A DNA stretch of 64,000 nt from sequence record NC_048186.1; one strand, given 5' to 3'. This DNA comes from Escherichia phage vB_EcoM_KWBSE43-6. Positions 9,840 through 20,036 of this stretch are shown here, piece after piece (position 1 is the first letter of the stretch; every line of letters begins with the position of its first letter). The notes under the pieces are model-generated. The model had not been told where the DNA came from. It saw only the letters and a list, made by a program, of their open reading frames with translations, and ran no database searches. The position numbers and the translations under genes were made by a program.

Positions 9840-10097
9840 ATGGATACGCTATTCACCCTGATGTGTACAATGACTTTCGCGCTGTCCCTGGTTATCAGCT
9901 CGTTGTGTGCCCTGCTGGTGTGGATAGCGTTCCCTGACATCGCACGTTACAAATTTCTCATGTTCGTAGCGATCGTTATCATGAGTTTTATTTTAACAAT
10001 TCACTATGCCAAACAGGATTATAATCCTGACAAACGTTATGCGTCATTGGCGGAGAGATATCATGGCTTCGAATTTAAAGACATTATCAGAAAATGA
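9840..10097 (+). CDS. Small membrane protein (two predicted TM helices)
   Basis: Hydrophobic segments FALSLVISSLCALLVWIAF and FLMFVAIVIMSFILTI. Confidence 0.4.
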   Translation: MDTLFTLMCTMTFALSLVISSLCALLVWIAFPDIARYKFLMFVAIVIMSFILTIHYAKQDYNPDKRYASLAERYHGFEFKDIIRK

Positions 10098-10323
10098 TTC
10101 TGAATATTTGCGTCGAGTTGTCTTGGAACTGGGCGTGAACTATAGCGGAATGGCCAGATTATTAGATTGTTCGAACGCAGTCGGATTCTGGAAGAAAGGT
10201 TATCGTCGGATACCCAAAGCATTCCGCCGGGCGATCTTGATGCTGAAATTTATCAATCAAAAAGGACTCATGTCTGAGTTCTTGAGATATGTGGGTGAAC
10301 AGGAGAAACAAAATGGTAACTGA
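10063..10323 (+). CDS. Putative helix-turn-helix DNA-binding protein
   Basis: Start re-picked at ATG 10063 (GGAGAG RBS); HTH-like GMARLLDCSNAVGFWKKG. Confidence 0.35.
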   Translation: MASNLKTLSENDSEYLRRVVLELGVNYSGMARLLDCSNAVGFWKKGYRRIPKAFRRAILMLKFINQKGLMSEFLRYVGEQEKQNGN

Positions 10324-10975
10324 ATGGGAAAAGATGGAATATGAACGGGCGTTTAACGTTTATTGTATCTTTATGGCCATCAAACTCCATTTCACGACCA
10401 AGGATTATGATTACGGCCTCTATGGCCCGATGAGCAATTACAAATTCGAAACATTCTTTGCCAAAGAAGGTATGCGGAAACAGTTTGCTCGATTGGCCCG
10501 GCGGTTTGAGACTTCTCAAGGCGAAGTTGTTGAGAATTATATCATTGCAAATTTCATAAAGTCCCCCAAGACCTGGGTGACCACATTGTTGACTCGGCAG
10601 GCACAAGAGAATTATAACGAATACCGGAAGCTGTATGACAACTTCACATACCACTTCCTTGACTTTTTTGAAAAGAATATGATTCCGGAAATTACCGGAC
10701 GCGGTCTCACGTTCTTGGATTATCTTAAAGGCGCCGGACAGAATCATCCGGCGCTATTGACCGATATCATTATGAAAAAATATCCGATTTGGTTTCTGGT
10801 CGGACTAAACAAAATAACCGGGTTCATCGCATTTTACGATAAATTGTTGGAAGAAGACATTTATTGGAATTCAGAAGCGTTCTTGCTGAAGAAGACTGAT
10901 GCGGTTGTCCCTAACGAGAATACCGATTACGCCAAAAATAAATTCCGTGAGATGATCCTTTCCCACGGAATTTGA
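10313..10975 (+). CDS. Putative helicase loader (T4 gp59-like)
   Basis: Start ATG 10313 with AGGAG RBS; N-terminal pattern MAIKLHFTTKDYDYGLY resembles the gp59 N-domain; weak. Confidence 0.35.
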   Translation: MVTEWEKMEYERAFNVYCIFMAIKLHFTTKDYDYGLYGPMSNYKFETFFAKEGMRKQFARLARRFETSQGEVVENYIIANFIKSPKTWVTTLLTRQAQENYNEYRKLYDNFTYHFLDFFEKNMIPEITGRGLTFLDYLKGAGQNHPALLTDIIMKKYPIWFLVGLNKITGFIAFYDKLLEEDIYWNSEAFLLKKTDAVVPNENTDYAKNKFREMILSHGI

Positions 10976-10977
10976 TA

Positions 10978-12921
10978 TTACCAATCCCAAAGAATACGGG
11001 ATTTATCAGTTTGGTTCGACGGTTCCAAATTCGTGCTGTTGAAATTGTTCGTCGTGTTGACCTTTTTGGAGTTATCGACATTCTGCTGAATAGGGGCTAT
11101 TACAGAAGTCGGCGGCTGGCTATACACCGATTGTATTTTACCGATGTTATCAGCCGCCCGGCCTTGCGTCGGTAATGCCCCTCCCAAAGTCCCACCACCG
11201 ATTGAGCCATAAGCATCTTTCAGCTGAGCATTACGGTCAGTTACATTAGCCGCATCAGACGTTACACCCTGAGGGATAGGCGTAAGTGTCTGAGCGTCTT
11301 GGTTCAGACCTTCAGTCGCAGGCTGCTGGTCGGATTGTGGAGCAGGAGAATTAGTTGGTTCTTCCGTTCCAATCATCATAGACTGACGGGCTTCTGCCAT
11401 TTTCTGTCTTGCTGTTTCGCCGCCCAATGCGTCAGGGATAATGCTGACAAATTTATCAACGATATCAAACATGGCATTGACGATGGCATTAATCATGTTG
11501 AAAAACGGCTTTTTGACATTCTCAGAGAATCCTTTCTTGATGCTGTCCAGCGTTTTACTCGCGGCTGCAATCCCGTCATCAATAAACGAACTGATACCAC
11601 CAGTGACCCAATCCACCAGTTTCATAAGTTCGCTCTGAAGATTGTCCGCCAGCTTACCGGGGATCTCAGTCAATGATGTGTTCCTGGTTATCCCACCAAA
11701 CAGATCATTAGATATCCAATCCATGATAGAGTTCAGCCATTGGGCAGGTTTCTCAGATATCCAGAGAGTAAACTGTCGGAACTTTTTACCCATGTCTGTG
11801 TCAAATCCGAATATTTTGGACACCCAATCGAATAGATCGCCAAAACTACCGACTAATTCTGTTATCCCAGCCCGCACCCGGTCTACAATGGTCACGGATG
11901 CTTTCCCTAAAATCTCTTTGGCGTTGATGAATCCTTTACCGAATTCAAATACAGAAGAGATTAATGCCAGCGGGCCGACCTTTAAGAATTTCAAAACTTT
12001 ACCGAACGGACCCAGGAGCTTAACGATCCCCTCTCCCATCTTAGAGAACATACCGATGAATGCACCCACAGCCCAACCGATTGCCTTGAAAGGTTTAAGG
12101 AGAAACCCTTTGAGGGCATTGAGGCCTAACATCGCTGCTATGGCAGCACCTATTCCGGATGAGTTCTCGTCTTTCTGGTCATCATCTTTAGGAATGATGG
12201 AAGTCGCCTGAGGAGTATGTTTCCCTTCTTTCCCTTCCTCGCCCCGGCGCATCTCTTCCTTTTCACGCCATTTCTCGTTGCTGTCGAAAATACGGACAAG
12301 AGCATTAACGATATGGCCACCAGTCTTGCCTATTTTCTTCTCAATGGAAGATAACCGGACCAGTTGTTCTGAAGAGTTCTTGTCGATACCTTCTGTATTC
12401 CATCTGACTTCGTCCAGAGTGTCACCAATACGATTTAAATCCGAACTGATGCCGACAAGAGTTCCTTCCTGATTGTCCAACCGCTTGAGGCTGTCATCAT
12501 TGGCTGCTTTCAACTGATCTGATATCAGGTTCAAATATTCAGTATTGGTATCATCAGCGGGCTGGCGGATAAGGTCCCCAAGACGGTCAACCTTCTCGCC
12601 GATTTTCATCAACTCTTCGTTACCATCAACAGCAACATCAACGGTATCTTTCATCCAAATACCATAATCTCGAGTGAATATTGGACTCACTCGAGCGAAG
12701 CCATTGACGAAGTCGTTGACCGAAGGAATTTTGAACTGAAATTCTGGAACATCTTTCTGCTTTTCGGCAGTCTGTAGTTTTTCCAGATTTTTGTTCATCT
12801 TCACCAGCTGCTTGTTGGTCTCATTTTGAGCGCGGAGTTGTTTCCTCTCCATGATCTCTTTCTTGATCTTGTCAAGAACTTGAGCAACTTCAGTCTGTGA
12901 TGTTTGTGCTGGCTCAGCCAT
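10978..12921 (-). CDS. Virion structural protein, tape-measure-like (gp29-like)
   Basis: 647 aa, coiled-coil N-terminus, Gly-rich C-terminal region; sits in baseplate/tail block. Confidence 0.3.
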   Translation of the reverse strand: MAEPAQTSQTEVAQVLDKIKKEIMERKQLRAQNETNKQLVKMNKNLEKLQTAEKQKDVPEFQFKIPSVNDFVNGFARVSPIFTRDYGIWMKDTVDVAVDGNEELMKIGEKVDRLGDLIRQPADDTNTEYLNLISDQLKAANDDSLKRLDNQEGTLVGISSDLNRIGDTLDEVRWNTEGIDKNSSEQLVRLSSIEKKIGKTGGHIVNALVRIFDSNEKWREKEEMRRGEEGKEGKHTPQATSIIPKDDDQKDENSSGIGAAIAAMLGLNALKGFLLKPFKAIGWAVGAFIGMFSKMGEGIVKLLGPFGKVLKFLKVGPLALISSVFEFGKGFINAKEILGKASVTIVDRVRAGITELVGSFGDLFDWVSKIFGFDTDMGKKFRQFTLWISEKPAQWLNSIMDWISNDLFGGITRNTSLTEIPGKLADNLQSELMKLVDWVTGGISSFIDDGIAAASKTLDSIKKGFSENVKKPFFNMINAIVNAMFDIVDKFVSIIPDALGGETARQKMAEARQSMMIGTEEPTNSPAPQSDQQPATEGLNQDAQTLTPIPQGVTSDAANVTDRNAQLKDAYGSIGGGTLGGALPTQGRAADNIGKIQSVYSQPPTSVIAPIQQNVDNSKKVNTTNNFNSTNLEPSNQTDKSRILWDW

Positions 12922-12931
12922 GGCTCACCTC

Positions 12932-14320
12932 TTACACCTTCTGTGATTGTCCTTTGTCAACAGGGACTGGCGTCGGTTGAGATGCAACAGCCTGATTTGT
13001 CTGAGGAGGCAGAACCTTCTCAATCATGCTGTCTTTAGCGATCTCAGCAACACATTGATAATCGTTAGTCAGGCGTGAAATTTTATGACGAATTTTCGTT
13101 ATGATATAATGGCCTGATGATAACTTACTTAACTCGGCCAGGTTTTCATTTTGTTTCGGTCTGTTTGACAGATCTTCGATATAATACACCTGACCAACAT
13201 TCAGACGATTGTCACCAACCAAAAGCAAACGCATGACCGTAGATGCCAGACTGAATTTGATGACACGTTTTGCATAATCCACCTGCTCAGCACCATCTGG
13301 TTGCGCTTCAAGATAACGAACGTTCTCACGATTAAATTCGTCAGAGAATAACGGGTATGGATCCAGATGCGCTGTGTCAGCAAACCATTCGGTGTACACA
13401 CGAGAAGTAGGCGTAACCGTTTTGGTTCTGAAATCATACACCCTTTCGTCTACAGCCAGGACATCATGATAATTCGCCATGAATTGGTCACGGGCCAATT
13501 TCTTTTCCGCTTTGATTATCGTCCTCATGAAACGCTCAGAGTTGAAGTTGTTGTTTTGCAGCAACGGGGCGTCCTGTGGATCACGGAAGAATTTCTTTTC
13601 AAGAGCGGCTTCTTGTTTTTCTTCAGCCGTCATAGTCTGATCACCTTGGTTGAACAAAGTAGTCAGACTTTTGAAATGATATCCTGTGAAATCTTCGTAG
13701 AAAACAAAGGGCATGAATATTTCATCATAAGACCGCCGGGCCATGTAATCAATGCTCTTGAGTACAGGCCAAAGCGGTGTCGCGAATCGTTCTTGGATAC
13801 CATAAGTTGGATCTATGTCTTCAAATTTAGTGCGCGATTCGAGCATTTCAAATATCTTTGCCGCCATATCGGAATATGACCCTTGGAGACCAACCGATTT
13901 ACGCAGCATGCTATCTTTATATGCATCAGTAGTGACCAGGTGCAGCCAGAACGCTTTCTTGGCTGAAGAATTTGACTCATCAGCAACACGCCCAACCCGG
14001 CTGACCCGGAACGATAATGCGGTGTAATCTGTAGCCGCCGGGGATTTAAATGAAATCACGACTTCTTCTCCACCAAGGATAGGCATCGTGTCCAGAATAT
14101 CCCAGCCTTCTTTGATCAACACATTGGCTGTCAATGATGGTGAAACATTCTCTTCCAAACCCAAATCTTGATATATATTGAATTCTTGGAATAATGAAGT
14201 CAGATCATATGGCGTTGGGGTTCCTCCTTCCGGTGTATGAGGAAGGATGGCCATATATTTCAAATCAAACGTCGTGGACGGGGTTAAAATACCGTCTTGT
14301 GACTCTTTGTTCTCAATCAT
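12932..14320 (-). CDS. Putative baseplate hub-like structural protein
   Basis: 462 aa; context only. Confidence 0.25.
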   Translation of the reverse strand: MIENKESQDGILTPSTTFDLKYMAILPHTPEGGTPTPYDLTSLFQEFNIYQDLGLEENVSPSLTANVLIKEGWDILDTMPILGGEEVVISFKSPAATDYTALSFRVSRVGRVADESNSSAKKAFWLHLVTTDAYKDSMLRKSVGLQGSYSDMAAKIFEMLESRTKFEDIDPTYGIQERFATPLWPVLKSIDYMARRSYDEIFMPFVFYEDFTGYHFKSLTTLFNQGDQTMTAEEKQEAALEKKFFRDPQDAPLLQNNNFNSERFMRTIIKAEKKLARDQFMANYHDVLAVDERVYDFRTKTVTPTSRVYTEWFADTAHLDPYPLFSDEFNRENVRYLEAQPDGAEQVDYAKRVIKFSLASTVMRLLLVGDNRLNVGQVYYIEDLSNRPKQNENLAELSKLSSGHYIITKIRHKISRLTNDYQCVAEIAKDSMIEKVLPPQTNQAVASQPTPVPVDKGQSQKV

Positions 14321-14874
14321 TTACTCAGCTCCTGTTCCAGCTGGCTGACAAACATGGAAACATAATCAGGATCAAGGACTTGAATTGCACGTTTCGCCTG
14401 GTTTTTGTTGATGGCATCATCGTGGTATGATATCCCGGTCAAACCATAATTTGCAATGATTTGGGAATCATCCATACCGTCCAGACCGTAAGCCATACGG
14501 ATAGCTCTGGCATCTGTTTCATGCCCAAACTGATCTACATAGTATTTGATATCCCACATACCATCCAAACCGTATTGAGCGATCAATTCTTCAACGATCC
14601 GTTGTTCTGGTTTTGGCCAGTCGTTATTGATATCCATTATGCTGTTGATCATACATGGTATCCAAAACAGCTCGAAGGAGCCATAGACACGCTCTGCAAA
14701 GGACCTTGGGGTTTCCCCATCATAAATGTTATACGGCAGGAGAAGCCCTTCGATGTCCTTAATCTTCTGTATAATCATCACACGGTGCGATAGGTTCTGC
14801 AATAGAACCTGATCATCCTGCTGACAATCAATTAGCTGATGCCAGACGAGGGGGAATTTCTCAAAGAATTTCAT
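14317..14874 (-). CDS. Hypothetical protein with YGLxG repeats
   Basis: Three repeats AQYGLDGMWD / MAYGLDGMDD / ANYGLTGIS. Confidence 0.4.
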   Translation of the reverse strand: MKFFEKFPLVWHQLIDCQQDDQVLLQNLSHRVMIIQKIKDIEGLLLPYNIYDGETPRSFAERVYGSFELFWIPCMINSIMDINNDWPKPEQRIVEELIAQYGLDGMWDIKYYVDQFGHETDARAIRMAYGLDGMDDSQIIANYGLTGISYHDDAINKNQAKRAIQVLDPDYVSMFVSQLEQELSK

Positions 14875-14888
14875 AATCGTCTCCTGGA

Positions 14889-15857
14889 TTAGAAGCTGTC
14901 GCCTTCGGTATCAAAGCGGCCTTTGTGCAGAGGTTCCAGTTCGATAAATGTCATGTCAATTTGGGTAGACACAATGCTATCATCTTTGTGGACTGCATAC
15001 GACGAATCCGGGGTTTCGTTGACGAACATGTTTGACAGAACGCATGTCGAAATCCGGTGCAACCATTTGTTGCGTTCACCTTGCACCATGAATGTAATAT
15101 CAAATGTCGACGGGTGCAGGTAAAACGCGCTGGAGTTCTTGTTGTATTTGTATTCAGGATACATATGCATCTTGAACAGACGAATGATCTCCCTGACCAT
15201 TTTGGCTTCTTTCTGGGAGCGCGGCGTGAATTTGAAAGTGAATGGGATTTCACGGTTTCGCACTCCCTGGAAGATCATTTCCACGTATGGATTCGTCATA
15301 GTGCCGGTGAACAACTCCAGAGTGTCATGAGCGTTAATCGTCGGCAGGAACGGGATAGACTCTGAAGCCGATTGGATAGCCTTCGTCGCCGCAAACCGAC
15401 CCATTTCCTTACCAACATTGAGAGCATCACCAAGTTTGAACTGGCTCATATCCTGGGCAGCGCGGGAAAGGAATTGGGCACCCATACCAGCGAGACCCAA
15501 CTCAGAGCCGTTCCAGCCAACACCATAGTTGGTAGTGATGGATTCGGGCATACACAGGACAATGGACTCGTTAGAACGCACGTGACGCGCCCAGGCATAT
15601 TTGCTGATGGACCCTGATTTGGTACCATACACAACAGGGGTATTACCCAGCGGGTTCTGGATAGGGTTCTGAACCGTCTGTGTTGCGGTGCTTCCATAAG
15701 AAGAACCAGAGATCCTGTTGATGTTGAACAGAACATAATGGCCAAGGGTTTTACCCCCGGTGATATCCAGCGGATAGACCAATTGTTTCTGGGCCTGTGT
15801 CAAGCCTTTGGTGTTCAGAACTTTGATCTTATCCAGGGTAGACTTGAAATTCGCCAT
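14889..15857 (-). CDS. Putative baseplate/tail-tube family protein (gp48/gp54-like)
   Basis: 322 aa, divergent from gp4; size and context only. Confidence 0.3.
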   Translation of the reverse strand: MANFKSTLDKIKVLNTKGLTQAQKQLVYPLDITGGKTLGHYVLFNINRISGSSYGSTATQTVQNPIQNPLGNTPVVYGTKSGSISKYAWARHVRSNESIVLCMPESITTNYGVGWNGSELGLAGMGAQFLSRAAQDMSQFKLGDALNVGKEMGRFAATKAIQSASESIPFLPTINAHDTLELFTGTMTNPYVEMIFQGVRNREIPFTFKFTPRSQKEAKMVREIIRLFKMHMYPEYKYNKNSSAFYLHPSTFDITFMVQGERNKWLHRISTCVLSNMFVNETPDSSYAVHKDDSIVSTQIDMTFIELEPLHKGRFDTEGDSF

Positions 15858-15910
15858 GGTCTTCAGCCCTTAATTAGAAATAGAATGTTGACACTATTTA
15901 GGACTCAATT

Positions 15911-16528
15911 ATGGCTATGTATCTTCAGGGGAAATATGCCCCCGTAAATCCCAAGAAATACAAAGGTGACATTCATAAAATTGTTTTCCGGTCTTCTCTA
16001 GAACTGGTGGCATTCAAATTTTGTGATACAAACCCGGCTATTGTCTATTGGTCATCCGAAGAAACTGTCATCCCTTATATTTCACCAGTTGATGGTCGAC
16101 CGCATCGCTATTTCATGGATTTGAAAGTATGGACCAGATCAGCCAATAGTGAAGAACTCAAGATCACGTTGATCGAAATTAAACCTAAAGATCAGATTAA
16201 AGAACCGAAGAAAACGAAGACAATGAAGGAATCAACCTTCAATAATTCTATGCGGACTTATCTGGTCAATCAGGCTAAATGGACAGCAACCCGAGAGCAT
16301 TGTGCAAAGATGGGATGGTCATTTATTATCTGGACAGAAGAGCACCTCGTTCCTGGGGAAGATCCTGATGTCAAGAAGCAATTTGCTCTCAGATCTAAAA
16401 TGAAAAGAGAAAAGGACATGCAAGACAAACGCAGGGAAGAAAATATCAGAGCATTGAAAGAACAAATGAAAAAGACCATCAAAGCGAATGAACCAAAAGA
16501 ACGCGATGATGGCCTTTTGCTACCTTAA
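15911..16528 (+). CDS. 4: Head completion protein (T4 gp4-like)
   Basis: N-terminus MAMYLQGKYAPVNPKKYKGD...SPVDGRPHRYFMD closely resembles T4 gp4; Lys-rich C-terminal extension. Confidence 0.8.
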   Translation: MAMYLQGKYAPVNPKKYKGDIHKIVFRSSLELVAFKFCDTNPAIVYWSSEETVIPYISPVDGRPHRYFMDLKVWTRSANSEELKITLIEIKPKDQIKEPKKTKTMKESTFNNSMRTYLVNQAKWTATREHCAKMGWSFIIWTEEHLVPGEDPDVKKQFALRSKMKREKDMQDKRREENIRALKEQMKKTIKANEPKERDDGLLLP

Positions 16529-16731
16529 CGTTTCCAAATCTCTACGATATCGCCGGGAGCAAGCACAGCAGACTTACGGATCTCTTCCACTTGGTACGAT
16601 GCGTGCTCTCGGCTGATAGCATAGATGTAAAAAGACATAGTGCGACCATCTGCATCAATATAGTTCACGTCAAACAATCGCCACTCACGACCTTCAACCT
16701 GAACTGTTAATGGCATATTAATCCCACTCAT
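16525..16731 (-). CDS. Hypothetical protein
   Basis: 68-aa ORF in coupled minus-strand operon. Confidence 0.3.
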   Translation of the reverse strand: MSGINMPLTVQVEGREWRLFDVNYIDADGRTMSFYIYAISREHASYQVEEIRKSAVLAPGDIVEIWKR

Positions 16732-16734
16732 ACG

Positions 16735-16935
16735 TTAGCTCCTGTCATGGCCGGGGGCAATGCATTTTTGTTTGTCTCGACTGATATACCAACCATCCTT
16801 CCGGGCTTCTTTAGCACATTCAGCATATGTCTCGCCAGCGTATGTCCAAGGCTTGTTGGTCCCAAATACTGGAGTTGCGTTCTCACACGCATAACAGTCG
16901 CAATACAATTCTAAGGAATATCCGGAAACAACCAT
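16735..16935 (-). CDS. Small Cys-rich protein
   Basis: YCDCYACE ... CAKEARKDGWYISRDKQKC. Confidence 0.3.
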   Translation of the reverse strand: MVVSGYSLELYCDCYACENATPVFGTNKPWTYAGETYAECAKEARKDGWYISRDKQKCIAPGHDRS

Positions 16936-16937
16936 AA

Positions 16938-17345
16938 TCAGTTGTCCAGATGGTCGTAGATCACGCGACGGAAATCATTACCCTTGGCACACCCCTTGGC
17001 AACAAGACGAGTGCCGCCAGTACCAATGACGCTAATCGTTGAAAACCGCAGGACGCGCCCGGTGATGGACTGGTCGACCTTTACGGTTTCAACTTTACCC
17101 AAACGGAGTTCATCTGCATCACGACGGATAAACCCTGTTTTGAAGATAACGCGCTTGTTGGTGACGGCAAATTCAGTCGTCAGGTTCCGAATTACCGTAG
17201 GGATCAGGAAAAACAGGCTGATACCACAAGTCGGGACGAGGAATACAGCCACCCAGAAATAGACCCAAAATCCACTCCACCAGGTCGGGCGGGTAAAGCC
17301 AATCACGTGTTCGTTCTGGCCGAGCATACGATCTACATAACGCAT
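16938..17345 (-). CDS. Membrane protein
   Basis: Two hydrophobic helices near N-terminus followed by soluble domain. Confidence 0.4.
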   Translation of the reverse strand: MRYVDRMLGQNEHVIGFTRPTWWSGFWVYFWVAVFLVPTCGISLFFLIPTVIRNLTTEFAVTNKRVIFKTGFIRRDADELRLGKVETVKVDQSITGRVLRFSTISVIGTGGTRLVAKGCAKGNDFRRVIYDHLDN

Positions 17346-17355
17346 TTTGTTTTCC

Positions 17356-17868
17356 TTATTTGTCTGGGTTTACGCAAAGGGGAGTTGTAGTCAGCTCGCC
17401 TTTATCATCAAAACTGTATTTCAGAACCGCATATTGGTCAACCATGCGATAGACTTCAATACCGGCATTCATCATTTCCACGATGCCCGTCGTGATCCTG
17501 TACGGTTCACAGTAGATCACTTTATCGATCTTGCCGCTGGCAATAATACGTTTGGTGCACTCAGGGCAAGGACTGTGAGTGACGAACATAACCAGACCAC
17601 ACCAATCTGCCGCATGTTGAGGTAAACGGTTCAGAGCATTTTCTTCGGCGTGAATAACACCGTCAGATACCAGCTGGCCGTCTACTTCTATTTCGCACAC
17701 ATTAGGAGCGCCGGGCGCAGTGCCATTCCAGCCAATAGCCAACGGCTGATCAACCCGAGGATCTACGATAACACAACCAACCTGGAGACGGCGGGCATAA
17801 CTGGTTTTGCCATATGCCTGGGCTGCTCTCATATGGGCAAACATCATGCGTGGCTTAATCATGGACAT
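17356..17868 (-). CDS. cd: dCMP deaminase (cytidine/deoxycytidylate deaminase family)
   Basis: Zinc-binding motifs HAEENA and PCPECTK. Confidence 0.9.
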   Translation of the reverse strand: MSMIKPRMMFAHMRAAQAYGKTSYARRLQVGCVIVDPRVDQPLAIGWNGTAPGAPNVCEIEVDGQLVSDGVIHAEENALNRLPQHAADWCGLVMFVTHSPCPECTKRIIASGKIDKVIYCEPYRITTGIVEMMNAGIEVYRMVDQYAVLKYSFDDKGELTTTPLCVNPDK

Positions 17869-18199
17869 TGACCTCTTTTGAGAACATGAAGATCAGGTCT
17901 TCACCGTCAAACTTGCATGAAACTGCCAGGGATGCGACCCAGCTATGGATGATATTGCTGATGACGGTTCGCATTTCGTCTTTCAGTGTATCATTGACTT
18001 CGCGGCCTGCGAATTTCTCAAGCGCGGTGGTTATGACATTATCGGCATGAGGATAATGATTGACATAACGCATCAGATATTTCTCACGCAGAACGATTTT
18101 GTCCGTAAGGTCAGACAACTCCGCAGCTTCTTCTGAATAAAGGCGTTCTTTGGCCTTCAATTCTAACACACGTTCATACAACTCTTTTAGCGGCATCAT
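17855..18199 (-). CDS. Hypothetical protein
   Basis: 114-aa ORF. Confidence 0.4.
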   Translation of the reverse strand: MMPLKELYERVLELKAKERLYSEEAAELSDLTDKIVLREKYLMRYVNHYPHADNVITTALEKFAGREVNDTLKDEMRTVISNIIHSWVASLAVSCKFDGEDLIFMFSKEVNVHD

Positions 18200-18261
18200 A
18201 ATGGCATCTCCTAATAAATTAAGGAGAGTATATACTCTCCTTTTTCAATACGCTTTCAAAT

Positions 18262-18648
18262 TTAGTTCAGGCAGATTTCTCGCCCCAGCGCAGTCAGGCG
18301 ATAGAACTGGATCACTTCCCCACGAGCATAGCGATAATTGCCGTCAGGGGCGTCATGACCGCCATCATGGGTTACAGTAAACCAAGGCTCAATCAACCCT
18401 TTCTTGAGTAGAGACTCCCCGGTTTGGGTATCCCAAGGATCACCCAGGACGTTGGTCAGATGCCGGCTCGGGGTAAAATTCCAAACGCGGACACCTTTAG
18501 AATTTTTCCAGGATTTGGCATAACGTTTGGAATTGATAATAAGCCGGTTGCTGTCTTCAGATTTCAACATACCGAACATATAATTCAATTGATGGCCCGT
18601 ATAGCGAGGCCACTTTTGAGTTTTCACAACAGTATCTTTCGTTTTCAT
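18262..18648 (-). CDS. Hypothetical protein
   Basis: 128-aa ORF. Confidence 0.4.
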   Translation of the reverse strand: MKTKDTVVKTQKWPRYTGHQLNYMFGMLKSEDSNRLIINSKRYAKSWKNSKGVRVWNFTPSRHLTNVLGDPWDTQTGESLLKKGLIEPWFTVTHDGGHDAPDGNYRYARGEVIQFYRLTALGREICLN

Positions 18649-19016
18649 AATATTCCCGCTCTTTCAAGGATAATTTCAACTTCACCCCAATCCACAAAGG
18701 GGCGCTTAGACATTGGGTCATAACTCAGAGGACAACCAAGAGCAGCGTCGTCAATATACAATTGCGCATATGCTTTTGGTGAATCTGTCCATTCATGCTG
18801 TGTGGGATTCTTGTTGATACCATACAGCGGGATATCAAATGACTGGAACCAATCAACCGCTTCTTCAAGTTGTTTCCCGCTGCGCATGGTGAACAGAATC
18901 AGAAGATGATTTTTATCCACCAACTTCTTTAGAATCTCTACAGCACCGATATGGCGTCCGATGAGAGGGTATTCATGGGTAACGCACGTCCCATCAAAAT
19001 CGATACCGATTATCAT
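18645..19016 (-). CDS. HAD-superfamily phosphatase (small, putative nucleotidase)
   Basis: Motif [11 protein letters not shown] (DxDGT) at N-terminus. Confidence 0.5.
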   Translation of the reverse strand: MIIGIDFDGTCVTHEYPLIGRHIGAVEILKKLVDKNHLLILFTMRSGKQLEEAVDWFQSFDIPLYGINKNPTQHEWTDSPKAYAQLYIDDAALGCPLSYDPMSKRPFVDWGEVEIILERAGIL

Positions 19017-19606
19017 AATGATTCCCCATTGTGAAGCTGTAACAGTTCTTTAAACGTAGCCGGGCGGCGTAAATGATCCCAGCTTGAGTTCAGGTAATCC
19101 GGGTTCCCTACTTTGCGGGAATGCCAATGCCCGTGAACATTATATTCCCAACGATCCAGGAGTACGGGCACATGAGTGACAATCACTTTGGAAACGCTGC
19201 CGTCACTCCGAGCCATCTTGTATTCAAACAAAGAACCGAATTTGCTGATCCATTCACTTAGGAATAACTGCATCAGCATTGAAAAACTGTCGTGGTTCCC
19301 CTGAGTTACTTTGATGTTGAAGTTGGGCCGCCAATCATCAGGAACCTTACCATGCATCTTTGGTAGGTTACGCGCCGCGCCTTCTCGCATCAGTTCGATG
19401 AACGCATCTGGGCCACCGAAGCATGTGTCGCCCGTAATGATCAAGGAATCATCCCGGCCACACGTTTGGAATATGCTGTCGATAACTGCGATGTCGTGTT
19501 CATCAACTGTTTCAAACCCACGTGATTTGGGGATCTTTTTATGTTTCAGGTGGGGATCACCCAAAAAGAAAACTTTACCCGCCATATTCTTTTCCTCTGA
19601 GATCAT
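19013..19606 (-). CDS. Calcineurin-like metallophosphoesterase
   Basis: Motifs GDPH, GDTCFGG, QGNHDS, GHWH. Confidence 0.7.
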   Translation of the reverse strand: MISEEKNMAGKVFFLGDPHLKHKKIPKSRGFETVDEHDIAVIDSIFQTCGRDDSLIITGDTCFGGPDAFIELMREGAARNLPKMHGKVPDDWRPNFNIKVTQGNHDSFSMLMQLFLSEWISKFGSLFEYKMARSDGSVSKVIVTHVPVLLDRWEYNVHGHWHSRKVGNPDYLNSSWDHLRRPATFKELLQLHNGESL

Positions 19607-20036
19607 TATAGAAATTGATTAACATATTGTCAGTCCATCCTGACCAGTCGAATACATCAAAATCAGCCACACCTTGGTACATATTGACGATAGCAGGCGA
19701 AAATATGACATCAACCTGATTTTTATCGTTGTCATTCACCTGAACTTTGATCCAGAACAAAGATCGGTCTTCCAGAATATGTGCCAATTTAGGATAACGA
19801 GAGGATATTTCCAATGCCCACACATCTAATATAGAACGAAAATCATCTTCCATTTTATAAATGAATGCCGTGGAAATCGGATGGCCAAGATATGGACTCC
19901 AGGATTTATATTGTGTTACTTCCTGGATGCTGGACACCAATGGTATCACCAATCCCCGCTGATATTGTGCTGACAAAGAAGGGATAGAATTAAGATATGA
20001 CAATATCTCTTCACGCTGAATCTGTGTTAATTTCAT
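19575..20036 (-). CDS. Hypothetical protein
   Basis: 153-aa ORF. Confidence 0.4.
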   Translation of the reverse strand: MKLTQIQREEILSYLNSIPSLSAQYQRGLVIPLVSSIQEVTQYKSWSPYLGHPISTAFIYKMEDDFRSILDVWALEISSRYPKLAHILEDRSLFWIKVQVNDNDKNQVDVIFSPAIVNMYQGVADFDVFDWSGWTDNMLINFYNDLRGKEYGG

